The translations under genes were made by a program, and so were the position numbers. From IMG/VR virus record IMGVR_UViG_3300009678_000068, positions 1 to 52,944 of that record: a DNA stretch of 52,944 nt. One strand, 5' to 3'. Shown piece after piece: positions 28,562-38,752 of this stretch. The notes below the pieces were generated by a model. The model searched no databases and was not told the DNA's origin. It was given only the letters and a program-made list of their open reading frames with translations. Within the stretch, counting starts at the first letter, position 1. Each line of letters begins with the position of its first letter. This DNA is from a virus (lineage: Duplodnaviria > Caudoviricetes).

Positions 28562-29066
28562 CCATTTCCTTCTCTCATACTCCATTATGTCTCGTATCAT
28601 CATACACGTTAACTTTTTGCCAGACAAGCCCGCGTCAATTCTCACGCAAACACACGTCTCCTTCTTTCTCTTGCTTCATACGACCCCGTACCCCCATGCC
28701 CCGCCCCACAACAGCCTCCTGCGCCCGCGTAGACCCCCCACCCCCGCGAGGGACACCCACCGTCCCAGAGGGAAGCCTCGCGCGTAAGCCCTCCCCCGTT
28801 CCAGGACACACCCGCGTAAGCCCTCACCCGCTATATGTAGGCACGGAGTGCGCGCTGAGACGGGGCTGAGGCGCTTGCCCTCGAACCTCCCAGCCGTGGA
28901 GCCCCTATGGGGTACAAATTCCTGGTACGCGTTCCTGCGCACATGCGCAGGAACGCCAGCGAAGCGAAGCCAGATACATGCCACAAAAAGAGAAGCTTCC
29001 TAAGCATGAACCATAGCACTCAACGTGCTCAACTCCGCACGTAGAGTGCGTACACTTTTGGTTACA

Positions 29067-29094
29067 TGTTCTGATAATAGGTATTATGTTAACT
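29067..29094 (+). other. dif-like XerC/XerD recombination site
   Basis: TGTTCTGATAA-TAGGTA-TTATGTTAACT, an 11-6-11 layout with the XerD arm one mismatch from TTATGTTAAAT. Confidence 0.85.
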
Positions 29095-29738
29095 ACGTGA
29101 GAGTAAGGACAAGTCCAATAAGATAGAGTAATAACTCTGTAACTACTTGCATATCAATACATAATGGATAGTGTAGACTTGAGAGTTTGTAACCTTATTG
29201 GGCAAGACATAGGGAAAAAGTCATAAGGGGAACAATAGATTGTACCCTGTTATCAAAGTGATATGATGCGGGTTGCATATTCTAAGTGCTTGAAAACACG
29301 TTCCTACGCGCTTTTATAGTGCACATGCGTGCATGATACTTTTAGGAAACTATCTTACCAGGGAAAGAGAGCGCATGCATGTGATGCTTTGCGGAAATAT
29401 TTTCTTAAAGGAATACTTGAAGCCAAAAACTAATTTTGTCACGTCTCGAGCTACTAGCCTGTGCTCCTGTGCTTTCCTACACGTGTGCGCGCGTCATAAA
29501 AAGCCTTGAGTGTCATCGCCAAAAGCAAACATGCCCAGGCCGCACAAAATACTGTGGCGAGTCTCTGCAGCGTGTGGAACACTTATATATGCAATGTAGT
29601 GTAGTAAAGATTTAGGACACTATAGCCGATAAGGACTTGTGAGGATTCCACGCTAGAACAATGGGAAAACATGGCGCCATGTCTTCTCCACATGACGCCA
29701 TGGCCAGAACACTGCCTACCACATGAGGATACTAGGCA

Positions 29739-31106
29739 ATGCAAACAGATCTTAGCACAATAACGCAAGGCACACTGAAAACCTCGCCGGCATGGGCCCA
29801 AGCATTTAGAGATTATGCAAGTAGCAAGGGAAACATGGGCAATGTCGCTCTCATTATCTCTGGTGAAAAAGATATTAGTCGTATGCCTATTCTCTGGCGC
29901 GATTTTCTGAAAAGCGCGCCAGCTGTCGCACTACTCGAAAATCCTCCGACACCAGACACACCTTGGCATGAGGCAGAGGCAGAGGCAGAGGCAGAGGGCA
30001 ATGAGAGCTATGCTGAGCCTGTTCCCGTGCCTGTTCCCGCGCCTGAGCCTGAGCCTGAGCCTATTCCTACGCCTATTCCTACGCCTACGGTATCAAGCAA
30101 TCCTCTCATTGCGCTTATTGCCGATGGATTGCGCGAAATGGGCTATGTGCCAGAAAACACACTCAGCACGGAACATGTACGCACAATCGCAGCAGAAACA
30201 GCGCAAAACATGGTAGCCAGTGCTATAGAGCGTCTCGAAACAGAAAGCGGGCTAGCGAGTCATGCGCCTATCATGCGCATCCAGATAAACGACAGGCCAG
30301 TAAAAGAGGTAAGCGGCCGGCTACCTAAGTTTTTTCCTCAGCTGCTCAGGCTAGCACAGTGCAATGTGCCGGCGTTTCTCGTCGGGCCGGCCGGATGTGG
30401 AAAGACCACAGCTGCAGAAAAGCTTGCCGAGGTATTAGACGTATCTTTTACACGTGTTTCGCTTAGTGCTGGTGTGGACGAGGGAATTTTGCAAGGCTGG
30501 CTCCTGCCTGTAGGCGATAGCGGCAAATTTTCCTACGTGCCAGCACCGATGGTAAACGCCTATGAAAATGGTGGTGTAGTGCTGTTAGATGAACTAGATA
30601 GCGCTGACGCAAATATGCTCATTATTTTGAGTGCAGTACTGGACAATAGCAGCTGGCATATCCCATTGCGCTATGAACAACCGGCCGTAGTGAAACATCC
30701 TAAAGCCTATTTTATGGCAGCTGCTAATACGTTCGGCCATGGTGCAAACATGCAATTTGTAGGCGCTAATCAGTTAGATGAGCGTACGCTGTCACGCTTA
30801 CGGCAAGGGCAGATCTTGTGTGACTACGATGCAGAACTAGAGCAAGAAACATTTGACGCTGGCATCGTGCAATACGGCCATATGTTGCGCGAACGCTGCA
30901 GAGCAATCCCACAATTCAAGCGAGATATTTCTACCAGGGATATAGCCTTAAATAGCAACAAGGTGTCGACGTGCGATCATAACGGCCGGCCGCTCTATAC
31001 GGTAGAACAGGCATGGTTTAATCATTTTTCTGACTGGAAAGCAGATGAGTTGAGCAAGGTTCATGTGGCGTTGGATAGCGATATGCTTACAGCTGGCCTG
31101 GAATAG
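29739..31106 (+). CDS. MoxR/CbbQ/CobS-type AAA+ ATPase
   Basis: GPAGCGKT, LLDELD, AAANTFG.G, GANQLD. Confidence 0.88.
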   Translation: MQTDLSTITQGTLKTSPAWAQAFRDYASSKGNMGNVALIISGEKDISRMPILWRDFLKSAPAVALLENPPTPDTPWHEAEAEAEAEGNESYAEPVPVPVPAPEPEPEPIPTPIPTPTVSSNPLIALIADGLREMGYVPENTLSTEHVRTIAAETAQNMVASAIERLETESGLASHAPIMRIQINDRPVKEVSGRLPKFFPQLLRLAQCNVPAFLVGPAGCGKTTAAEKLAEVLDVSFTRVSLSAGVDEGILQGWLLPVGDSGKFSYVPAPMVNAYENGGVVLLDELDSADANMLIILSAVLDNSSWHIPLRYEQPAVVKHPKAYFMAAANTFGHGANMQFVGANQLDERTLSRLRQGQILCDYDAELEQETFDAGIVQYGHMLRERCRAIPQFKRDISTRDIALNSNKVSTCDHNGRPLYTVEQAWFNHFSDWKADELSKVHVALDSDMLTAGLE

Positions 31107-31118
31107 GGAGGACACCAC

Positions 31119-32015
31119 ATGATAGCGCAACCATGTACCTATTACGGGAGTCTAGCCCATGCGCTAGATACGATTGACGCATCAAGAGATGGCGATAGCT
31201 GGCTCAACTATAGAAAAAAAGATCCTTCGTATAAAAACCATGCAATCGACAATACACCTAATGAGAACTGGGCAGAGTCACTCTCAGAATTTGTGGGGTA
31301 CTGTCGGAATTTTGACGCGCCGTATTTGCAGGAAAGAATAGAGCGAGTAGCGCAATTATCAGAACAATTAGATGGCGAAGACTTAGAAGCGTCTAGCATC
31401 AAGCGCCAGCAGATCTGGACGCGTCAAGGATCTCGGATCAATCCGCATAGGGTGCTCCGCGGACAGCTCGCTACTGCCTGGCGCAGGACTGTCCGCGTGC
31501 AACGTAGTGGTGTCCATGGGCGCATTTTGATAGTGCTCCCTCTAGCCTACTCACACTATGTCACGCCAGAGCAAATAGCCTGGAATACGGCCGCAACCCT
31601 GGCGCTTGTTGCTCTTGCGAAACAGGCCGGCCGTATCGTAACGCTCTATGGTGTCGACCATACGCTAAACGCCTATGATCAATTCCAGACCGGCACAATA
31701 TGCATACCATTGCTGACGTCCGATAGTGTCTGGAGTAGTCACGATACGATTTTAACGACATCCGCTGCATTCTGTAGGCGTATCTGTTTTCGCCTCTTTG
31801 AAATAGGCCAACCTATCTATGGGCCCATTAGCCCATGCTACGGTTTCCCTGCCGATAAAAGCACGCTACGCGTATGGATTGACAATACCCTGGCACCGCA
31901 TGCCGGCATACCTGCTGCAGCCTGCTATGTGGGCCCAGTTCAAGAAGATAGCATTGTCTCGTTAGAGACTGCGCGCGCTTGGCTAGAAAGCCAGCTGGCT
32001 CAACTCAATAGCTAA
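31119..32015 (+). CDS. vWA/CobT-like partner of the AAA ATPase
   Basis: Immediately downstream; G...N..R.L.G...AW and ..F.RR..F motifs; canonical MIDAS not seen. Confidence 0.5.
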   Translation: MIAQPCTYYGSLAHALDTIDASRDGDSWLNYRKKDPSYKNHAIDNTPNENWAESLSEFVGYCRNFDAPYLQERIERVAQLSEQLDGEDLEASSIKRQQIWTRQGSRINPHRVLRGQLATAWRRTVRVQRSGVHGRILIVLPLAYSHYVTPEQIAWNTAATLALVALAKQAGRIVTLYGVDHTLNAYDQFQTGTICIPLLTSDSVWSSHDTILTTSAAFCRRICFRLFEIGQPIYGPISPCYGFPADKSTLRVWIDNTLAPHAGIPAAACYVGPVQEDSIVSLETARAWLESQLAQLNS

Positions 32016-32064
32016 TCATATGTCTATCGGGAGGGACAGCTGTCCCTCCCGATAAGGGGAAAAA

Positions 32065-32925
32065 GTGCATCTACTCAAGATATCGATTGAAAAAGAGACC
32101 TATGCGTACCGTAACCTCATTTTGGCAAGTCTCACACGCTACGGCATATGCCAAAGTGAGTCAGAGGCACAAGGCCTGTTACCGGCCGTGCGCGCAAAAA
32201 CAGATGCCTGTAGGGCCGCTGCCGCATATACCCTGCTACGCTACCAGCGATTTTACGATCAAGCCGGCCGGCTCTGTAAAGCAATCGCAAAGTCGCCAAA
32301 AAACGCCAAAAAGAAAGGTATGGACATACAAATTCACGTACAGGCTTGTGGCGATGATACTGTAGAGTATTCACAGCTGATAGCGCGATTGTACGCACCA
32401 CACGCAAGTGCTCTTCCGGAATTGATACGAGAGCAAGCGGCAAGCGAGTATGCCCATCTGTGCATCGATCTTGAGATTGCGACACTGATAGAGCAAGGAC
32501 AAGAGCGACTCTATGATAATGACCTGCGCAAGATCTGCGATCGGTTACTCGAGCCGTATACGGTAGGCCTGTGGACAGGCCTAAGTCTCGTGCTGGACGA
32601 TACTGGCCTGGAGTATGTGCAGCGCGTGCAAAAACTCTGTAACGCTGAGCTGTCCGCCGGCACAGTAACGCTCTCAACGCTGGCGCTTGACATGAGTCAC
32701 GCCAACCGGCAAGCGCTCGCGCGCGAACTCGCGCAGGAATTTGATGGCCAGCTCGCCAAGATCATAGAACGATGCGCCTATACCGCGCCTAACGTCGACG
32801 CTATTATGCAAGCATACGAGTTATTGTCTGCCAAAATATCTCAAGCTGAGACCTTGCTAGGTATCGCGATACCCTGCCAGGATAGCCAGCTAAGCGCCGA
32901 AACTGCGATCATGGCGCTTGCTTAG
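32065..32925 (+). CDS. Hypothetical helical protein
   Basis: AGGGGA RBS; C-terminus homologous to 33702..34289. Confidence 0.65.
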   Translation: MHLLKISIEKETYAYRNLILASLTRYGICQSESEAQGLLPAVRAKTDACRAAAAYTLLRYQRFYDQAGRLCKAIAKSPKNAKKKGMDIQIHVQACGDDTVEYSQLIARLYAPHASALPELIREQAASEYAHLCIDLEIATLIEQGQERLYDNDLRKICDRLLEPYTVGLWTGLSLVLDDTGLEYVQRVQKLCNAELSAGTVTLSTLALDMSHANRQALARELAQEFDGQLAKIIERCAYTAPNVDAIMQAYELLSAKISQAETLLGIAIPCQDSQLSAETAIMALA

Positions 32926-32995
32926 CACGTGTCCCAGGGACAGCTGACAGCTGTCCCTGGGCGCTATCCCTGGTACGTCTGCCTGCTCCCTGGTC

Positions 32996-33245
32996 GCTAT
33001 CCCTGGTACGATCGGGAGAACGTCTCCCTGGTACGATCGGAGGCACGTCTCCCTGGTATCCTCCCTGGCACGTCTCCCTGGTATCCTCCCTGGCACGTCT
33101 CCCTGGTACGATCGGGAGAACGTCTCCCTGGTACGATCGGAGGCACGTCTCCCTGGTATCCTCCCTGGCACGTCTCCCTGGTACGATCGGGAGAACGTCT
33201 CCCTGGTACGATCGGGAGAACGTCTCCCTGGTATCCTCCCTGCGC
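32996..33245. repeat. 25-bp-period array: core CGTCTCCCTGGTA plus three alternative 12-nt modules
   Basis: Core at 33021, 33046, 33071, 33096, 33121, 33146, 33171, 33196 and 33221. Confidence 0.95.
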
Positions 33246-33525
33246 TATGCTGGCGCCAGATCTTACGTCCCCTTTTTGTCCCCCACTTTCCCCGTCCCCG
33301 TCCCCCCTGCTCTCCCTGTCTCCCTGGCATGGCCCGGTGATCGCTGGCAACCTTCCCGAGCACTCTCCCTATGCGTACACATGAAGGACGAAGCGAGCGC
33401 AGAGCCAGGAAAAGGAAGGGCGAAGCAAAAAGGAAGGGCGAAGCACAAATAAAGTAGCGCGGGAGTTTTGTAGTGTAGTACAATATATTAGAGTACAGTA
33501 AATGTCTTCATGAGAGAGAGGCACG

Positions 33526-33705
33526 ATGGACAGGCTACAGGTATTCAACGCCTTAGCAGACTGTGTAGACGAGTTAGAGCGGCATGTGTGGGACTTGCCG
33601 CATAGTGCAACCAAGTTGGCCCTAGAGACGCTTGTGCAGCGTTTTGATGGCCTGATAGACGCGGTCTTAGCGATGCAAGAGACCGCGCAGGAGGAAGGCG
33701 TATGA
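33526..33705 (+). CDS. Small acidic protein (59 aa)
   Basis: GAGG RBS; MDRLQVFNALADC...; ATGA overlap with the next gene. Confidence 0.55.
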   Translation: MDRLQVFNALADCVDELERHVWDLPHSATKLALETLVQRFDGLIDAVLAMQETAQEEGV

Positions 33706-34289
33706 AGGCACAGGATAGCGCCAGCACAGCAGGCCTGTCTGTCACACAAGGCGACGCCGCACAGGTTGCGCGCGTCATCCGCAAGACGGATAGTCTGCCA
33801 TTGGCAAAGCTCTGCGCCCAGATCCGGAACGAAAACTATCGTGACTGGGCCCGCTGGGAAAAGAGCTTAGACTTCGCCCAGACCATGGCCGGCCGCTATG
33901 GCCTGGAGTGCCCTGACCAAGTGAGTTTTACCTTTACCCAGGTCGGCGCCAGAGCCGCGCAACAGACGCCCGTTTCAGCCTACTGGCGTCTGCGCCTGGC
34001 GCGCCGGGCCCAGGAAGCACGCGTGCCGCTGTCACCCGTCGACGATCTGCCCTTGTGGACTGCCAGTATTCCTGATGCGCAGGCGCGGGATCTGGCGCAG
34101 GATTTTAAGGCGCAGCTCTGTGCTATGCTGGCAGACTGCCAACGTCCAGACGTTTGCGCTGACGCGGTAGCCGAGCGCTATCTTGAGCTTGCCGAGGAGA
34201 TCACCAGGACAGAAACCCGGCTGGGCGTGTCGCTTCTGTGCGAAGCGCTGCAGCTACGTGTCGAACAACACTTAATGGCGATAGCCTAA
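33702..34289 (+). CDS. Hypothetical protein, partial paralog of 32065..32925
   Basis: Shared ARxLAQxF..QL...ET.LG..C...QL..E...MA.A. Confidence 0.65.
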   Translation: MKAQDSASTAGLSVTQGDAAQVARVIRKTDSLPLAKLCAQIRNENYRDWARWEKSLDFAQTMAGRYGLECPDQVSFTFTQVGARAAQQTPVSAYWRLRLARRAQEARVPLSPVDDLPLWTASIPDAQARDLAQDFKAQLCAMLADCQRPDVCADAVAERYLELAEEITRTETRLGVSLLCEALQLRVEQHLMAIA

Positions 34290-34309
34290 CGCTACAATAA
34301 GGGGAAACC

Positions 34310-34660
34310 ATGCCTGCAATCGCGCAACCCGTTGGCAGTTACCGTCTCATGAATATAGGCCGCAAAGAGCCTTTTACGCATGTCGCTGTGGTGTTTGGCC
34401 ACCTGGTACGGCTGGCACAGCCACTCATGCAGGATCATCAGTCTGACCTATTTTATGATGCGGCCTGGCTTGATGAACACGCCAGCAATGTGCAACCCGG
34501 CGAGGTGTTCGAGTTTCATTGGTACGTCTCAGATGGGCATACCAGTATCCATGCAGAGGAGACACCATACAACGCCTTCGAAGACAAGCAGCATTATGTG
34601 TTCCGTCTGTATCTAGCAGATAACGGCTGGTGGACCCTGGACATCGACGAAGAGGCGTAA
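34310..34660 (+). CDS. Hypothetical protein
   Basis: AAGGGG RBS; hairpin after the stop. Confidence 0.6.
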   Translation: MPAIAQPVGSYRLMNIGRKEPFTHVAVVFGHLVRLAQPLMQDHQSDLFYDAAWLDEHASNVQPGEVFEFHWYVSDGHTSIHAEETPYNAFEDKQHYVFRLYLADNGWWTLDIDEEA

Positions 34661-34741
34661 AAACCGGCGCCTACGTCGGAGCAACGACGTAGGCGCCTTC
34701 GCACAGCATGGCCTAGACTAACAGCAGAAGGAAAGTATAGC

Positions 34742-36739
34742 ATGACAATGTCAGCAACGTACTGCCCCACAGAGAATAAATTGCGGCTCTACAGCACTGA
34801 GCGCCTGGACGAAGACACCTATGCAAGGGCGAAGGCTCTTGGTTTTCGCTGGGCGCCGAAGCAGGCATGCTTTTTTGCCCCGGCCTGGAGCCCGGCGCGG
34901 GAAGATTTCTTGCTCGCACTCTGCGAAGACATCGACGACGAAGATACGACGCTGGTCGACCGCGCTGAGGTACGCGCTGAGCGCTTTGCAGAGTACAGCG
35001 ACAAACGTAATGACGAAGCCACGCGTGCACACGCAGAAGTCGAGCGCATTGCTGGCGGTATCCCGCTAGGCCAGCCGATTTTAGTCGGGCATAGCTCGGA
35101 AGCCCACGCCCGTAGAGACGCGAAGCGCATAGAGAACGGCATGCGCAAAGCCGTCAATCTGTGGGAGACCTCGAAGTATTGGGAACAGCGCGCCGCTGGT
35201 GCGCTCCGACACGCGAAGTACAAAGAACGTCCCGACGTCCGGGCCAGACGCATCAAGACCCTGGAAGCCGAGCTACGCAAGTGTGAAAAGACGAAGGACG
35301 AAGCCGAAAAGCGCATCAAGGCCTGGTCCCACGACAACCTGACCATGCCCTATGCCCTGACCCTGAGCAATTTTGGCTCGTATATCAGCTTCAAGTTTTC
35401 CCTGGCCGACTACCCCCGCGAGCCTCCGGCATCACAGTACGAAGGCGACATGGGCCTGTGGTCTGCCCTGGACGGCGGCATTATCACCCCAGAGCAAGCG
35501 CGGGATCTGGCGCTGCCCTGTTATGCCCAGAGCCTGGCCAGCATGGCGCGCTGGATTGCGCACCTGAACAACCGCCTGGCCTACGAGCGCGCCATGCTTG
35601 ACGACGCCGGCGGCACGGTTGCCGACCAGACACGTCCAGAAGTCGGCGGTGCCTGTCGCTGCTGGGCCTCGCACAGTGGTGGCTGGTCGTACATTGTGAA
35701 AGTCAACAAGGTCACCGTATCCGTCCTGGATAATTGGGGCAATGGGAGCAAGAACTTCACGCGCACCATTGCCTTTGACAAGCTAGGCGACGTCATGAGC
35801 AAGGCGACCGTGGAGCGCTTACGGGCAGCGGGACGCATTATTGACCACGCGGACGGTACCGGCTTTTTCCGGGCATCTGCCCCTGCCCCTGCGCCAGAAC
35901 CGGCACCAGCGCAGACGCCCACGCCTCACGCCTACGAAGCCATGAAAGCGCAGCTCAAGGCCGGCGTGCACGTGGCCGTAGTGGAGCAACTCTTTCCCAC
36001 CCCTGCCGACCTGGCTGACCGCATGGTACGGCTAGCGGACCTGCAACCCGGCGAGCGCGTGTTAGAGCCGAGCGCCGGCACGGGGGCACTCCTGGACGCC
36101 ATAGGACGCGTGCCCTTCTTCTATGACGACGAAGCCAGCAGCATCCTCGCGATTGAACACAATGACGCGCTGAGCCTGGCCTTGGCGAAGCGACGCGACC
36201 CGCGCACCACCTATACCTGTGCCGACTTCCTGAGCCTCGACCCGGCACACGTCGAGCCCTGTGACGTGGTGCTGATGAATCCGCCATTCACGGATCAGTA
36301 TAAACATGTACTGCACGCTATCGACTTCCTCAAGACCTCTGGGCGTCTCGTCGCTGTGATGTCCTCTGGCGCGACCTTTCACACCAGCAAGGAGGCTGTT
36401 GCCTTCAGAGCCCTTGTAGAGCGCTACGATGGACACATAACAGCACTCCCTGCTGACACGTTCAAGGAATCCGGTACAGGCGTACAGACCGTGCTGGTAT
36501 CCCTGACGGTTCCTTGTGCCCCAGAAGCGGCGCCAGCGCAAGAGCCAGAATCCGAGACGCAGCCTGAGCCTCTGACTATGCAAGCACTGGCCGACACCAT
36601 CGCCGTCCAGGCAGAAAAGAGTAGGGCACAGCTGGCACGAGAGCGCCTCGAACTTGCCTGGCTAAGTAAGAAGGTGTCTACCAAGCCGCAAGCGGCACCG
36701 TGCGGACTGTTTGCGCAAGAACAAGGTGCCTTGCTCTAA
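34742..36739 (+). CDS. DUF3560 domain fused to an N6-adenine DNA methyltransferase
   Basis: IPLGQPILVGHSSE..ARRD; FPTP, VLEPSAGTG, MNPPF, FKESGT. Confidence 0.88.
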   Translation: MTMSATYCPTENKLRLYSTERLDEDTYARAKALGFRWAPKQACFFAPAWSPAREDFLLALCEDIDDEDTTLVDRAEVRAERFAEYSDKRNDEATRAHAEVERIAGGIPLGQPILVGHSSEAHARRDAKRIENGMRKAVNLWETSKYWEQRAAGALRHAKYKERPDVRARRIKTLEAELRKCEKTKDEAEKRIKAWSHDNLTMPYALTLSNFGSYISFKFSLADYPREPPASQYEGDMGLWSALDGGIITPEQARDLALPCYAQSLASMARWIAHLNNRLAYERAMLDDAGGTVADQTRPEVGGACRCWASHSGGWSYIVKVNKVTVSVLDNWGNGSKNFTRTIAFDKLGDVMSKATVERLRAAGRIIDHADGTGFFRASAPAPAPEPAPAQTPTPHAYEAMKAQLKAGVHVAVVEQLFPTPADLADRMVRLADLQPGERVLEPSAGTGALLDAIGRVPFFYDDEASSILAIEHNDALSLALAKRRDPRTTYTCADFLSLDPAHVEPCDVVLMNPPFTDQYKHVLHAIDFLKTSGRLVAVMSSGATFHTSKEAVAFRALVERYDGHITALPADTFKESGTGVQTVLVSLTVPCAPEAAPAQEPESETQPEPLTMQALADTIAVQAEKSRAQLARERLELAWLSKKVSTKPQAAPCGLFAQEQGALL

Positions 36740-36791
36740 CACTACCGGGGACAGCGGGAGCTGTCCCCTTCCCCGAAAGAAAGGGACAACC

Positions 36792-37187
36792 ATGACGCCC
36801 ACGATCCCCAAGCCCATGACGCGCACGACGTTTCTGGCCAAGCTGGAGCAGGCCATTGCCACCGATAGCGCGTATCGTCTCCACTTCCTTGCAAACGACG
36901 CCATCCGTCTCTGCTCCTACGTCCCGCACCGGTCTATGTGCATCATCACGTATGTGGCCTGGCGGCACACCCTGGGCCGGTACGACATCGCAGAGTATGC
37001 CGCGGCCGGTCTGGCACTCGGCCTGCCTGAGCCCCTGAGCCGCCAGCTCGTACGCGCGGCGGACAACGAAGGCGCCCCGGTGCTGCGCCAGCAGATCCTC
37101 ACCATCTGCACGCGTAACAGGCGCGCCCCAGAACCCGAGACCGCCCCGTGTGGCCTGTTTGCCCAGACACAAGAGCCCTTAGTGTAA
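36792..37187 (+). CDS. Hypothetical protein
   Basis: AAGGGA RBS; ends APCGLFAQTQEPLV. Confidence 0.6.
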   Translation: MTPTIPKPMTRTTFLAKLEQAIATDSAYRLHFLANDAIRLCSYVPHRSMCIITYVAWRHTLGRYDIAEYAAAGLALGLPEPLSRQLVRAADNEGAPVLRQQILTICTRNRRAPEPETAPCGLFAQTQEPLV

Positions 37188-37232
37188 ACCACCTGCAGGC
37201 GCCCCCGTGGCGCCCATGGAAGGACGACGCCT

Positions 37233-37496
37233 ATGGCCGCAGAGTTGACCCCGGCTGACGCGGTACGCGCGATCCAGGCGATGACCCGCGTACTCGACAT
37301 GATGAGCGTCCGCCTCACCCGTATTGCCGATCGCATGGAGTCCTATGCGCGCTGGAACTTCTGGTTACTGGCTGTCATCCTGCTGGCAACAGGGGGCGCG
37401 TTTGTCGTAGGAATCCGTACCCACGCCGCACAAAACGACGCCCTGCGCCAGGTGATGCAGGAGAACCGGGCGATCTTTGAGCGGCTCAGCCGCTAG
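37233..37496 (+). CDS. Coiled-coil plus TM protein
   Basis: AAGGA RBS; one TM segment. Confidence 0.6.
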   Translation: MAAELTPADAVRAIQAMTRVLDMMSVRLTRIADRMESYARWNFWLLAVILLATGGAFVVGIRTHAAQNDALRQVMQENRAIFERLSR

Positions 37497-37512
37497 GAAA
37501 GGACGAAGCATT

Positions 37513-37797
37513 ATGGAGAGTGATCACGACCCGATAGGCGCCTACGTCATTGCCGTTGACGGCACGACAACGCCGCTGGCGCGCGTTCCTGGGGACGGCG
37601 CCTGGCTCAAGGCGCTGCAGACCGCTGTTGGCGGGTACCTCGAACTGGTAGGGATTCCCGGCTTGCCGCATCTCTGCCTGCTGGTCGATGAAGACGGCTT
37701 GCACAAGAACCTGGCAGAGAATCGCTCTGCCTCAAACCTGGCTGGGCAGCGACTCGTGGGGCCCGTGGTGGTGCTCCCACGCGCGCTGCTCGAGTAA
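37513..37797 (+). CDS. DUF3846-like protein
   Basis: LKALQTAVGGYLELV...VDEDG....N..AS.....LVGPVV. Confidence 0.75.
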   Translation: MESDHDPIGAYVIAVDGTTTPLARVPGDGAWLKALQTAVGGYLELVGIPGLPHLCLLVDEDGLHKNLAENRSASNLAGQRLVGPVVVLPRALLE

Positions 37798-37815
37798 CGA
37801 AGAAGGACGAAGCCT

Positions 37816-38034
37816 ATGCTTGACCGTACTTTCACGCCCGAGGAGGCCCGCCTGCTTCTGCGGGATCTCCTGGACGGCGCAGAGATCAATGCCAGCGACC
37901 TGTGGAACCTGGCAGAGGGGGTCGAAGATGCCTTGCTCCAGTTGCCTGGTATCCAGGCGCGCCTGGCGCTGCTCTGGCGGGACAAACAGGCCCGCAGCCA
38001 TCAGGAGAACATCCGATGCCATACCTCTTTATAG
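37816..38034 (+). CDS. Hypothetical protein
   Basis: AAGGACGAAGC RBS motif. Confidence 0.55.
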   Translation: MLDRTFTPEEARLLLRDLLDGAEINASDLWNLAEGVEDALLQLPGIQARLALLWRDKQARSHQENIRCHTSL

Positions 38035-38438
38035 GGGAGAAACGCTCAAAAACGGCCATCGCCAAGGGCTGGACCTGGGCCGATGGACGCCTGGCGGCGA
38101 AGACCTTACAGGAGGCCCTCGCCCAGCTGGGCCTGGAGCACGGGAAGCACTACGAGTGCGTCAATCTGTTTTACGACAACGGCACGCTTGACCCCGTGAT
38201 CTTGACACTGGCGCACAGGCGCCAGCTCCAGGGATGGGACGTCGTGGGCATGGGAGCACGGGTTGCGCAGGCCTTGCGCACGTATGGGCTGCCGCATCTG
38301 CGGATTATTCATCCCGCCGCGCGCGGGAAGATTCGCAACCGGGCCACATATCACGCCCATGTCAAAGAGCGCCTCAGCACTGTCCTCCTGTCAGGGTGCG
38401 GGATCGGGCGGCTGGTCCGGCAGGACCAGGCGTTGTAA
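38016..38438 (+). CDS. Hypothetical protein, possible minimal UDG-superfamily fold
   Basis: LFIGE, NL, VVGMG and IIHPAAR motifs. Confidence 0.45.
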   Translation: MPYLFIGEKRSKTAIAKGWTWADGRLAAKTLQEALAQLGLEHGKHYECVNLFYDNGTLDPVILTLAHRRQLQGWDVVGMGARVAQALRTYGLPHLRIIHPAARGKIRNRATYHAHVKERLSTVLLSGCGIGRLVRQDQAL

Positions 38439-38752
38439 CTGAAAGCTCACACGGATCTCCTCCCCCTCCCAGGTCAGAGCCGTGCACACGTAGGCATAGC
38501 AGGCCCCGACCACGGGCAGTTCGCCGCTCAGGGCCTCGCGTAGACGGTCTTCGGCCTGCGCCCCACTGGCCGTGAGGTGGAGCATCGTCAGCCGTGGCGC
38601 AACGACATGGAGCCCGAGCTGGAGGCGGTCCTGGTCCTCCGGCGACTCATCCGGCATCAGGCGTCTCCTCCGGCACGGGGGCCTCCAAAAGAGCGCCTCG
38701 CGCTCTCACTACGAACCGGGGAGCCTCGCGCTCCCCACGAAGGACGAAGCGT

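Noticed and set aside
28650-29060. Physical genome terminus or cos site
   Set aside because: The position is suggestive but no diagnostic sequence can be supported without read data.
32996-33245. CRISPR array
   Set aside because: The 13-nt core and 12-nt modules are too short, the modules recur rather than being unique, and there are no cas genes.
32890-33483. ORFs across the 25-bp array
   Set aside because: The period is not a multiple of 3; the translations are repeat artefacts without a credible RBS.
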